From NCBI GenBank assembly GCA_040756235.1, contig JBFLZG010000069.1, positions 1 to 21,259 of the forward strand: 21,259 nucleotides of DNA, in the 5' to 3' direction. The stretch is from a bacterium. Lineage in GTDB: Bacteria > Desulfobacterota > DSWW01. The notes under the pieces are model-generated. The model saw only the letters and a list, made by a program, of their open reading frames with translations, was not told the origin of the DNA and ran no database searches. The translations under genes were made by a program, and so were the position numbers. Shown piece by piece: positions 8,391 to 16,487 of the stretch (its first letter is position 1; the number at the start of each line of letters is the position of its first letter).

Positions 8391-8393
8391 AGC

Positions 8394-9074
8394 ATGAGAG
8401 ATTTCAGAGATGAAGAAGTCGTGAGATCGGCCGGGTCCGGCCGGAGCCGGGGGACCCGTTTCACTCTCGCCCTGGCGTTTCCCCTGTGCCTGGTCACGGC
8501 CTTGTCCTGCTTGTACCCGTTTCCGCCGCCGGAGCCCGGCCCGACCCGCGATCGGGAAGGGACCGGCGTGCCCATGTCCGCGGTCTTCTCCCACAAGGAG
8601 CACGAAACGACCCTTGTGGAGAACAAGCTCCGCTGCACCGATTGCCACCTCTACGATCTCGCCTATCTCCAGCGAGACCGGCAGATCAACGAGGAGATCA
8701 CCAGGGCCCTGACCCAGGCCGGCCAGGAGTCGTGCCATTTCTGCCACGTGAAGGAGCCCGAGGGGATCCGGGTCTCGCTCAAGTGCCTGGACTGTCACGC
8801 CGACATCCGCCCGATCCGGCCCAGGGACCACACCGCAGGTTGGAAGTCCGCACACGGGGCGAGGATCGAGCTGAGCGAAACCGCCTGTTCCCAGTGCCAC
8901 TCCAACCGCTACTGCCTGCGCTGCCACACGCGCCGGGACGAAGCGGAGCGGAGCTATCACAGAGGATCCGCCCTGCTCTCTCATCCCATCGAGGCCCGCG
9001 CGGATCCGGGCCAGTGCCGGGCGTGCCACCAGGCGAGCTATTGCACGCGCTGCCACCGCTCCGGGAGGTTCTAG
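8394..9074 (+). CDS. Heptaheme lipoprotein cytochrome c (c3/c7-like N-terminus, OmaB-like)
   Basis: Lipobox-like ALS-C; FSHKEH; 7 CXXCH; H..GW...HG and HPIEAR.DP.QC..CH...C..CH pattern; directly follows the porin. Confidence 0.88.
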   Translation: MRDFRDEEVVRSAGSGRSRGTRFTLALAFPLCLVTALSCLYPFPPPEPGPTRDREGTGVPMSAVFSHKEHETTLVENKLRCTDCHLYDLAYLQRDRQINEEITRALTQAGQESCHFCHVKEPEGIRVSLKCLDCHADIRPIRPRDHTAGWKSAHGARIELSETACSQCHSNRYCLRCHTRRDEAERSYHRGSALLSHPIEARADPGQCRACHQASYCTRCHRSGRF

Positions 9075-9079
9075 CCGCC

Positions 9080-10282
9080 ATGAGCCGCATGGCCCGCGTG
9101 CTGCCCATACTCCTCCTGACTCTCGGCCTCGTTTGGACCCTGCAGAGCGCGTGGGAGATCGTTGCGGCCGGTCCCGCGGAGGGCGGGGCGGCGCCGCCGG
9201 ACGGTCCGGCTCCGGCGGCCGCAGCCGGACCCGGTGCGCGTGCTGCGGAGGCCCCGGTCCCGTTCACCTGGCAGGAAGCCTATCAGGGGACCGGCAGACC
9301 GAGTGTTTCTTCCAAGGGTCCGAACGTGCACCGGTCCGACTTGCACTGCGTGGAGTGCCATGGGCAGGGAACGCCTGCGGCCTCCAACCTGCTCTTCGAC
9401 GGCGACGACGTTTCGCTCTGCCGCTCCTGCCATCCCCGCTCCGTGTACAACGTGCACGTGGTCGGCGTCCGGCCGAAAGAAGTCGAGGTGCCGGAGGAGT
9501 TCCCCCTGTCCCAGGGCAGGCTCACCTGCGTGACCTGTCACGACGAGCCTTCCTGCAACGCGCCGGATCACCCAAGCCGGCAGAGGCCTTTCTTTCTGCG
9601 GGGTGAGAAGACCGGGTTCGATTTCTGCTTCTCCTGCCATTCGGCCGCAGGCTACGAGTCGTACAATCCGCACGATACCCGACACCTGCAGAGCGCTGCG
9701 GAGCGCAGGAACAACTGCCTGTTCTGTCACACGGCCGAGCTTCCTGCCGAGTCCCGCAGAGGGCTCCGTTTTGCCGCCCTCAAGGGAGATCCCGACGACC
9801 TCTGCACGGCCTGCCACGTGAACGAGCCGCACTTCGGCATCCCGGCCCACCTGGAAGTGAAGAGGGAGGTCTGGCTGGAGCGCCTGGCCGAGGCGGCCCG
9901 CAAGGCAGGCCCGAGTCTGCCCCTGGGAGAGGACAGTGCCATGCTGTGCGTGAGCTGCCACGACCCGCACATGCCGGGGCTGATCCCGCACGAAGAAGGG
10001 GGCCGGGACGTCTGGATCCAGGTGGAGGGAGACTCGGAGCTCAGACGCCGATATCTCGAAGAGGGGCTGTATCCTTTCGTGCGGGAAAAAGTGGCGGAGC
10101 TCGAGTCCAGGTACGGCAGGACCCTGATCATCCGCGAGCCCGGGCTGTTCCACGAGAAGGACGGGCTCGTGCGGGGCAGACCCAAGCTGAACGGCTCGCT
10201 CTGCCTCTGGTGCCACGACGTGTTCCAGGAGGACCCAAGCCATGGCCCGGGGAGTCGTCTCGATTATCGCATGCTGCATTAG
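9080..10282 (+). CDS. Octaheme cytochrome c, doubled-CXXCH family
   Basis: ATG 9080 lies 5 nt after the upstream stop; signal/TM segment, Pro/Ala linker; 8 CXXCH with H.VG...FPL...CxTCH and LPL...CVSCHDPH motifs. Confidence 0.88.
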   Translation: MSRMARVLPILLLTLGLVWTLQSAWEIVAAGPAEGGAAPPDGPAPAAAAGPGARAAEAPVPFTWQEAYQGTGRPSVSSKGPNVHRSDLHCVECHGQGTPAASNLLFDGDDVSLCRSCHPRSVYNVHVVGVRPKEVEVPEEFPLSQGRLTCVTCHDEPSCNAPDHPSRQRPFFLRGEKTGFDFCFSCHSAAGYESYNPHDTRHLQSAAERRNNCLFCHTAELPAESRRGLRFAALKGDPDDLCTACHVNEPHFGIPAHLEVKREVWLERLAEAARKAGPSLPLGEDSAMLCVSCHDPHMPGLIPHEEGGRDVWIQVEGDSELRRRYLEEGLYPFVREKVAELESRYGRTLIIREPGLFHEKDGLVRGRPKLNGSLCLWCHDVFQEDPSHGPGSRLDYRMLH

Positions 10283-11156
10283 CGTGCTCGTGGCCGGCCC
10301 TCCGCAGCAGGCAGAGGCCTTTCAAATCGTGGAGGCCTCGCCTCTGTTCGAGGTGGACGAGAGCATGCGGATCCCCACGGACGCGGCCTTCTCGCCCGAG
10401 GGCACGCTGTTCATCCTGGACGGGTATCAGAACCGCATCGTGGCCCGCTCCCCTGACGGCGTGGTGCGGGTCCTCGTGCCCGAGGGCTCCTGCGCCCTGA
10501 ACCGGCCCCTGGGAATCACCGTTCATCAGGATCGACTCCTGGTGGCCAACACCGGGGGCGGCACGGTATGCGAGCTGGACCTGGAAGGCCGATGCCTCCG
10601 TTCCGTGTCTTTCTCCGGTCCCGAAGGCGCGGACCCGAACGCCTGTGCGCCCACCGACCTGGCCATCGAAGGAGCGGTGGTAGCGGTGGCGGACCGGGGA
10701 GCCAATCGGCTGCACATCTGCCTCTATCCCTCGTTCGAACGAGTTCAGGAAGCCGGCGACTTCGGGGAGCCCGGAGGGAGCCTGAACGGCCCTTACCTTC
10801 TGGAGATGAAACACGGAAGGATTCTCGCCACGGACATCATGAACGGCCGGCTGGTGCAGATGACCAATCAGGGACGGTTCGTCAAGCACCTGGCCGAGAG
10901 AGGGGTCCGGGAGGGACAGTTCGTCCGGCCCAAGGGCGTGGCGACCGGGGCGGAAGGTCTCGTGTTCATCTCCGACTCCACTCTGGGGGTCGTCCAGGCG
11001 TTCGACGCCGAGCTCGAATATCGGGGCACGGTGGGACGCGCAGGCCGGCCGCTCAGGTTTCGGCATCCGGCCGGGATCGCGGCCTGGGGAGACCTGCTGG
11101 CGGTGGTGGAACAGGGTCGCAACAAGGTCAGCGTCCTGCGCCTGGAGCGGCCGTGA
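10242..11156 (+). CDS. Secreted NHL-repeat beta-propeller protein
   Basis: Signal peptide; repeats LNRPLGI, PTDLA, LNGP, GQFVRPKGVA, FRHPAGIA with V.D..N.RI/V. Confidence 0.88.
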   Translation: MARGVVSIIACCISVLVAGPPQQAEAFQIVEASPLFEVDESMRIPTDAAFSPEGTLFILDGYQNRIVARSPDGVVRVLVPEGSCALNRPLGITVHQDRLLVANTGGGTVCELDLEGRCLRSVSFSGPEGADPNACAPTDLAIEGAVVAVADRGANRLHICLYPSFERVQEAGDFGEPGGSLNGPYLLEMKHGRILATDIMNGRLVQMTNQGRFVKHLAERGVREGQFVRPKGVATGAEGLVFISDSTLGVVQAFDAELEYRGTVGRAGRPLRFRHPAGIAAWGDLLAVVEQGRNKVSVLRLERP

Positions 11157-11167
11157 ATCGTTCTTCG

Positions 11168-11250
11168 TCCCCCTTTCGTAAAGGGGGATCGGGGGATTTC
11201 GTGTGATCAAGAAAATCCCCCCTGGCGCCCCTTTTTCAAAGGGGGGAAAG
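11168..11250. repeat. Pair of inverted REP-like elements (CCCCCTTT-N3-AAAGGGGG hairpins with GGGGGATT/AATCCCCC arms)
   Basis: Hairpins at 11168-11188 and about 11228-11246; GGGGGATTT (11191-11199) is complementary to AAATCCCCC (11213-11221). Confidence 0.7.
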
Positions 11251-11265
11251 GGGGAAAAGGGAGTC

Positions 11266-14142
11266 ATGAAGCGGTTCATTCCCACGATCCTCCTGGCGGT
11301 CCTGCTCGGCGCCTCGGGCGCGGAAGCACGCCTGTGGCCCTGGCCCGAGGACTTCGAGGAGGTCCCGGGCCGCCGCCTGGGGGAGCGGTTCATCACCGAG
11401 GAGGAAGGAGACTCCCTGGCCAAGCAGGAGCTGTGCCTCGACTGCCACGACGGCTCGGCCCTGGACCATCGGGAGCTGTGGGACCCGAACTTGCACGGCC
11501 ACCGGGAGGGCGTGACGCCTTCGGAGCCGCTCCCCGAGGGGATTCCGCTGGTCGACGGCAGGCTCTACTGCGGGAGCTGTCACCTCCCTCACGGGGGTCT
11601 GCCCGGATCCAAGAAGGAGGTGCGGAAGCCTTTCCTGCGCTACGAGAACACGAACGACGTGTTCTGCGTGGTCTGCCATCAGGAACGGGCCACGCCCGGC
11701 CCGCAGCAGGCGTCCCGCAATCACTCGTTCCTGAAGAAGGCCAGACAGGACACCGCCACGGCGGACCCGGAGTCGTGGAGCGAGATCCGCCGGCTCGGCG
11801 GCAGAGTCGGGAAAGACGGGGCCGTGAGATGTCAGAGCTGCCACAAGCCCCACGGCGCTCCCTCCCGATCGGCCCTGATCGCGCTCGTGGACAGGTCCCA
11901 GCTCTGCTCCATCTGCCACCACGACATCCGTGACGACTCGGTCCAGCCGAACCATCCTCTCCACGGGGAGAACTCCTGGAAAGAGCCGGACCGGCCGGCG
12001 ACGGTCGAGTGTCTGACCTGCCACAGGGTCCACGAGGCGCCGGTGCCGGGTCTGCTGCTCGCCGAGAGCGGGGAGACGATGTGCCTGCGGTGTCATTCGG
12101 ACAGCCGGCTGTCCGACGACGATCTGCATCGCAACCGCAAGATCGGCGAGGCGGCGGGAAGCAGCGCCGCGGGCCTGTGCGGAGCTTGCCATCAGACCCA
12201 CCGGGCCAAGGGGGGCTTCCTGGCGGGAACGGTCGGAGGGCCGGCCGGCTCCGACGCGGCGACCGGCCTGTGCGCGGCCTGCCACGCCGCCGAAGGGTCG
12301 AGCCAGGCCGAGAAACAGATCGGCCCCTTCTACCACTTTCTGGGGAAGTGGCCCGAGCCCTCGGCCGGCAGCGGAGCGACCCGGCCGGCCGGAGGCGCTC
12401 TTCCCCTGCTGACGCCAAAGGGCGAGGTCCAGGGCGACTCCGGCCGGCTGCTGGGGTGCAGGACCTGCCACTTTATGCACGACCGGCCCGCCTCCGTGCA
12501 ACCGGACCCCGCCGGCAAGAACCTCCGGCAGACCACTCAGGGGGGCGCCCTGTGCCTCGCGTGCCACGGGGATCGGAGATCGATCCTCGAGACGGACCAC
12601 AATCCCCTTCGGCTCCCCGGGCCGGACATGCGCAAGCGCTTCCCCCTGAAGGGCGGAAACCCTTGCTCCGCCTGCCACGCAGCTCATCAGGGCCGCACCT
12701 TCCGGCTCAGCCCGGATCCGGTGTTCCCGTCAGCGGATACGGACCCGGAAAGCGCCGCATGCCTGGGCTGCCACGGCGGGAGGCCGGGAAAGGCCGAGAC
12801 CGGGGTGGGTAAGTTCGGGCACCCGCTGGGCCCCTGGCCGACCTCTGCCGGAAAGACGCCGCCCGAGCTGGCGCTGCCCGAAGGGCTGCCTCTGCTCAGC
12901 GCCTCGCCGAATGCTCCCGCGGCCACCGGCAAGGAGGCCGCTCGCACGTCGGGGCAGCTCACGTGCGGGACCTGCCACCGGCTGCACGCCGCTGGCGAAG
13001 CAGCCGGTATCGACGCAAAGTACCTGCGGCCTCCCATCCGGCCGGAGGCGGCCTGCACGCTCTGCCACCCGGCCCAGCGGGTGCTCGGAAAGACCAAGCA
13101 CTCCATAAGGGACCCTCTGCTCTCCGGGATCATCGAGAAGAAGTTCGGCAAAGCGACCGAACGCCACGAGTGCACCCCCTGCCACGACGTGCACAACGCA
13201 CGCGGGCCGGGGCTCTGGTTTACGCCTCTGCCCAAGGCGCGCAGCACGTTCGAGCAGGATGAAAGATCGAGACGCTGTCTGGTTTGCCACCTGGAGGACG
13301 GGCTCAAGAAGATCGAGGAAAGAAACGGCCACCCCATCGGGAAGGCGATGAGCACGGAATACATGCCCGCGCCGGAGCAGCGGCTGAAGCTCGGCCGCAT
13401 CGGCACGGATGAAGCCGGGGTCAAGGACGTGGTGGTCTGCGCCACCTGCCACCTCAACCACGGGATCGAGAACCCGGACGGGTCCGTCTCGCTCTTTGCC
13501 GGCGCGGGCCTGCCCGAGGGCGAGCTGTGCATGGCCTGCCACGGCCGCAATGCCCGGATCGTGGGGTCGCCCCATGATTTCCGCACCCGGCGGGAAGGAG
13601 AGCTCCGACCTGACGACGGCCGCAGCCTCAGGTTCGGCGTCTGCGGAGGCTGCCACGCAAACCACGGTGCCCGCATCGACCAGGGGCTCATCGCCTTCGG
13701 CGTGGACCGGCCGCAGGCCCAGGGCAACCCCGAGGACATGCTGTGCCTCCACTGTCACCGGGACCCGAGGATCACGAAAGATCCGATGGTGCGGTTCTAC
13801 GTCCATCCCTCCGGCCCCGAGGTGCAGGAGCGGTTCCGGGACCGGCTGCCGGACCTGACGCCCCTGCTCCCCCGCAAGCTGGGGGAGCCGGGCCGGACGA
13901 CGCTCGAAGGCTACGAGGCGATCTTCCGGATCCGGTGCGTGACCTGCCACGACAATCACCGTTGGACCGCCTTGCCGCCCGGCGAAGCCGAGGCGTTCGA
14001 AGGCTCGGAGCTGACCGGTTTCCTCAGGGGGTCCGATGTCGCCCGCACCCTCTGCTCCAATTGCCACGGGATCGATGCCCTGTACCGCTATCGCTTCTTC
14101 CACCAGGACCGGGCCTTTCGGCTGAAGATCCCCAATCGTTGA
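11266..14142 (+). CDS. 23-heme cytochrome c built from doubled-CXXCH modules
   Basis: AAGGGAG RBS before ATG 11266; Sec signal peptide (AEA); 23 CXXCH, alternating CxxCHxxH / CxxCH. Confidence 0.92.
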   Translation: MKRFIPTILLAVLLGASGAEARLWPWPEDFEEVPGRRLGERFITEEEGDSLAKQELCLDCHDGSALDHRELWDPNLHGHREGVTPSEPLPEGIPLVDGRLYCGSCHLPHGGLPGSKKEVRKPFLRYENTNDVFCVVCHQERATPGPQQASRNHSFLKKARQDTATADPESWSEIRRLGGRVGKDGAVRCQSCHKPHGAPSRSALIALVDRSQLCSICHHDIRDDSVQPNHPLHGENSWKEPDRPATVECLTCHRVHEAPVPGLLLAESGETMCLRCHSDSRLSDDDLHRNRKIGEAAGSSAAGLCGACHQTHRAKGGFLAGTVGGPAGSDAATGLCAACHAAEGSSQAEKQIGPFYHFLGKWPEPSAGSGATRPAGGALPLLTPKGEVQGDSGRLLGCRTCHFMHDRPASVQPDPAGKNLRQTTQGGALCLACHGDRRSILETDHNPLRLPGPDMRKRFPLKGGNPCSACHAAHQGRTFRLSPDPVFPSADTDPESAACLGCHGGRPGKAETGVGKFGHPLGPWPTSAGKTPPELALPEGLPLLSASPNAPAATGKEAARTSGQLTCGTCHRLHAAGEAAGIDAKYLRPPIRPEAACTLCHPAQRVLGKTKHSIRDPLLSGIIEKKFGKATERHECTPCHDVHNARGPGLWFTPLPKARSTFEQDERSRRCLVCHLEDGLKKIEERNGHPIGKAMSTEYMPAPEQRLKLGRIGTDEAGVKDVVVCATCHLNHGIENPDGSVSLFAGAGLPEGELCMACHGRNARIVGSPHDFRTRREGELRPDDGRSLRFGVCGGCHANHGARIDQGLIAFGVDRPQAQGNPEDMLCLHCHRDPRITKDPMVRFYVHPSGPEVQERFRDRLPDLTPLLPRKLGEPGRTTLEGYEAIFRIRCVTCHDNHRWTALPPGEAEAFEGSELTGFLRGSDVARTLCSNCHGIDALYRYRFFHQDRAFRLKIPNR

Positions 14143-14156
14143 ACGGGAGCCGCATC

Positions 14157-14303
14157 ATGGATGATTCGACCGGCCGTGGAAGCACAGCTCAGAAGGCCCT
14201 GCTGGTCGCCCTGTCCGTTCTGGCAGGGTTCGGCGCAGGCGTCCTGCTGACGTTCCTTCTCTGCTTCGCGCACGCCGTGGTCCGGCACGGAGGTCTGTGG
14301 TAA
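14157..14303 (+). CDS. 48-aa single-TM membrane protein
   Basis: GGGAG at 14145-14149, ATG 14157, TAA 14301-14303; one strongly hydrophobic stretch; fills the gap between two cytochrome genes. Confidence 0.6.
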   Translation: MDDSTGRGSTAQKALLVALSVLAGFGAGVLLTFLLCFAHAVVRHGGLW

Positions 14304-14326
14304 GGGGGAAAGGGAAACACGGCATC

Positions 14327-15169
14327 ATGACAAGGAGACTCGCGGACAGGCTTCTGGCCTTCCGGCACAGCCTGGGGACCGCCGCCCTCGTTGCGGCCGC
14401 AGGCGCCTTCTTCGCGGCCGCCATACCCGGCGCCATCCTCGGCTACCGAGGGTATCGCTTCGCCTGGACGGACCCCCGCTTCTGCTTTTCCTGCCATATG
14501 CACGACTACGCCGTGGTCGCCTGGAAGAAGAGCGCCCATGGCGACGTCACCACCTGCCACGACTGCCATCACATGGCCCTGTTCCATTACACCTACATCG
14601 GCGCCCGCACGTTCATCAATCCGCCGAAGTTCCCGGAGGAGCTCGAGACCCCTCCGTCCATCCCCAACAATCTCTGCATGCAGTGCCACGTGCGGGGCAC
14701 GGTGCGGCGCGACAACTGGACGCTGCCCTTTCAGTTCGATCGGCTGAAGAAGATCCCGACCATCGATTCCACGGCGGGCCACCGCTGGCACATGGGAGCC
14801 GCGACCGACAAGCCGACGCCCGAGGTCCTGAAGGACGAGAGCGCGAAAGGCACCGCGGCCGGAGGGTTCAGGCCCCGTGGGGCGGTCAACTGCTGGCACT
14901 GCCACGGCTCGCGCTACAACCGCGCCCACAGCTACCGGGCCACGGATACGAACTGCCGGAGCTGTCACGCCGAGTCCCACCTGTCGGAGCAGCTCCGCTT
15001 CGCCGGCACGGACTGCCTGACCTGCCACATCAACGCCTTCGTCCTGGACTACCGGAACCCGGCTTCCAGAGCCCTTCAGCCGGAAGAGGTCCAGGAAAGG
15101 AAGGGCCTCGATGACCTGCTGGAGGAGCTGAAGCAGAAGTATCCGATCGAGGAGATGGTCGCCGAATGA
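14327..15169 (+). CDS. NapC/NirT(NrfH)-type membrane-anchored hexaheme cytochrome c (quinol oxidoreductase candidate)
   Basis: N-terminal TM, then P.FC.SCH......W..S.H...C.DCH signature; 6 CXXCH; start 14327 preferred, GTG 14297 possible. Confidence 0.85.
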   Translation: MTRRLADRLLAFRHSLGTAALVAAAGAFFAAAIPGAILGYRGYRFAWTDPRFCFSCHMHDYAVVAWKKSAHGDVTTCHDCHHMALFHYTYIGARTFINPPKFPEELETPPSIPNNLCMQCHVRGTVRRDNWTLPFQFDRLKKIPTIDSTAGHRWHMGAATDKPTPEVLKDESAKGTAAGGFRPRGAVNCWHCHGSRYNRAHSYRATDTNCRSCHAESHLSEQLRFAGTDCLTCHINAFVLDYRNPASRALQPEEVQERKGLDDLLEELKQKYPIEEMVAE

Positions 15170-15310
15170 GGCGGCGGATGCGGGTAAGGGGGGGATCTTG
15201 TCTGAGTGGAGCAGGCTGAGCCCCGCAATCTCCCTTCCTCTCTTCCTGAGAGGCTTTATGAACATGAACTGCCTCTCCGCTGCTACATGGGGGACAGGGA
15301 ACGTACCCCG

Positions 15311-15339
15311 TTGCCTTTTTCTTGCCCCATGTATAGCAT
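15311..15339 (+). promoter_or_regulatory. Candidate sigma70 promoter for the regulator/maturation operon
   Basis: TTGCCT-N17-TAGCAT in an AT-rich patch upstream of 15478. Confidence 0.45.
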
Positions 15340-15477
15340 TTTAGTAGGGAAGAGAAAGGACACGCCCCGGAACGTCCGCAGAGATCCGCGGCTGTTCTCG
15401 TCGCACCCCGCACGCTGCTGCACTTTGACCTTCTGCTCGCCCCGAACGAGCTGCCTGAGCATGAGGACGACTGCACC

Positions 15478-16479
15478 GTGGAATCCTCCTCCATTCCTCC
15501 GGCGGACCCTTCCGAACCAGGCCGCCCGGCGAGCGGCGCCTTCTGGCTCGCCGCCCTGCTGGCGGCCTCCTTCGGGCTTCTGCTGATCTTCTCGTGGGTG
15601 CTGTTCTTCTCTCCCACGGGCCAGCTCGGGACCACCGTGGTGGATTTCAACCAGGATCTGCAGGCTCCCTCGGACTGGCCGAGGCCGGACAAGCCCGAGC
15701 TGAGGATCGCCGTCGCCTCGATGGTCAGTCCGGAAGACACTTTCGAGGTGTACGGGGAGCTGATCCAGTACCTGGGCGAGAAGACCGGCCGCAAACCCCG
15801 GATGGTCCAGAGGATGACCTACCGGGAGATCAACGACCTGATCCTGAGCGGGTTCATCCATCTCGGGTTCATCTGCACCGGACCTTATCTGAAGGCCCTG
15901 CACGCCGGCCGCATGGAGCCGCTCGTGATTCCGGTCGTGAACGGGAAGTCTTACTACCGGGCCTACGTGATCGTGCCCCGGCGGTCTTCGTGGGCGAGCT
16001 TCAACGAGCTGCGGGGAAAGACCTTTGCCTTCATGGACCCGGACTCCCTCACGGGGTTCCTCTATCCCGTTTCCCTCCTGCGGAAGATGGGAGGTGCGGG
16101 CCCCGAGGAGTTCTTCGGCGACACCTTCATCGTCCGCAGCCATACGGACCTGCTCCATGCGGTCTCCTACGGCCTGGCGGACGGCGCCTCGGTCAACAGC
16201 AACGTATATGATTACTACCAAAAGCGCAGGCCCCGCGAAATCGAAGAGTGCCGCATCCTCACGGTCAGCGAGCCTCTGGGCATGCCTCCCGTTGTCACCG
16301 GTCCGGGCATGCCCGATGGATTGAGACGGCGCATCCGGGACGCTTTCTTGGGCATGGACCGGGATCCTCTGGGGAAGTCCATCCTCGACAAGATGGGCGT
16401 AGACGCCTTTGCGCCGGCCGAGACGATCCGGGGTTTGTACGAGGCAACATGGGCGATGTTTTTCTCATCGGAGAGGTAG
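15478..16479 (+). CDS. Membrane-anchored PhnD-fold oxyanion-binding protein, AioX/ArxX-like sensor accessory
   Basis: N-terminal TM; TY.EI..L..SG....GFICTGPY, YY.AY.IVP, L.GK.FAF.DPDS.TG..YP, SH..L..V..G.ADGA.V; no ABC permease/ATPase nearby; exact start uncertain. Confidence 0.85.
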   Translation: MESSSIPPADPSEPGRPASGAFWLAALLAASFGLLLIFSWVLFFSPTGQLGTTVVDFNQDLQAPSDWPRPDKPELRIAVASMVSPEDTFEVYGELIQYLGEKTGRKPRMVQRMTYREINDLILSGFIHLGFICTGPYLKALHAGRMEPLVIPVVNGKSYYRAYVIVPRRSSWASFNELRGKTFAFMDPDSLTGFLYPVSLLRKMGGAGPEEFFGDTFIVRSHTDLLHAVSYGLADGASVNSNVYDYYQKRRPREIEECRILTVSEPLGMPPVVTGPGMPDGLRRRIRDAFLGMDRDPLGKSILDKMGVDAFAPAETIRGLYEATWAMFFSSER

Positions 16480-16487
16480 GGGCTGAA

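Noticed and set aside
15478..16479. Phosphonate ABC transport (phnD)
   Set aside because: No phnC/phnE; the gene is coupled to a kinase/regulator pair, so a sensory role fits better
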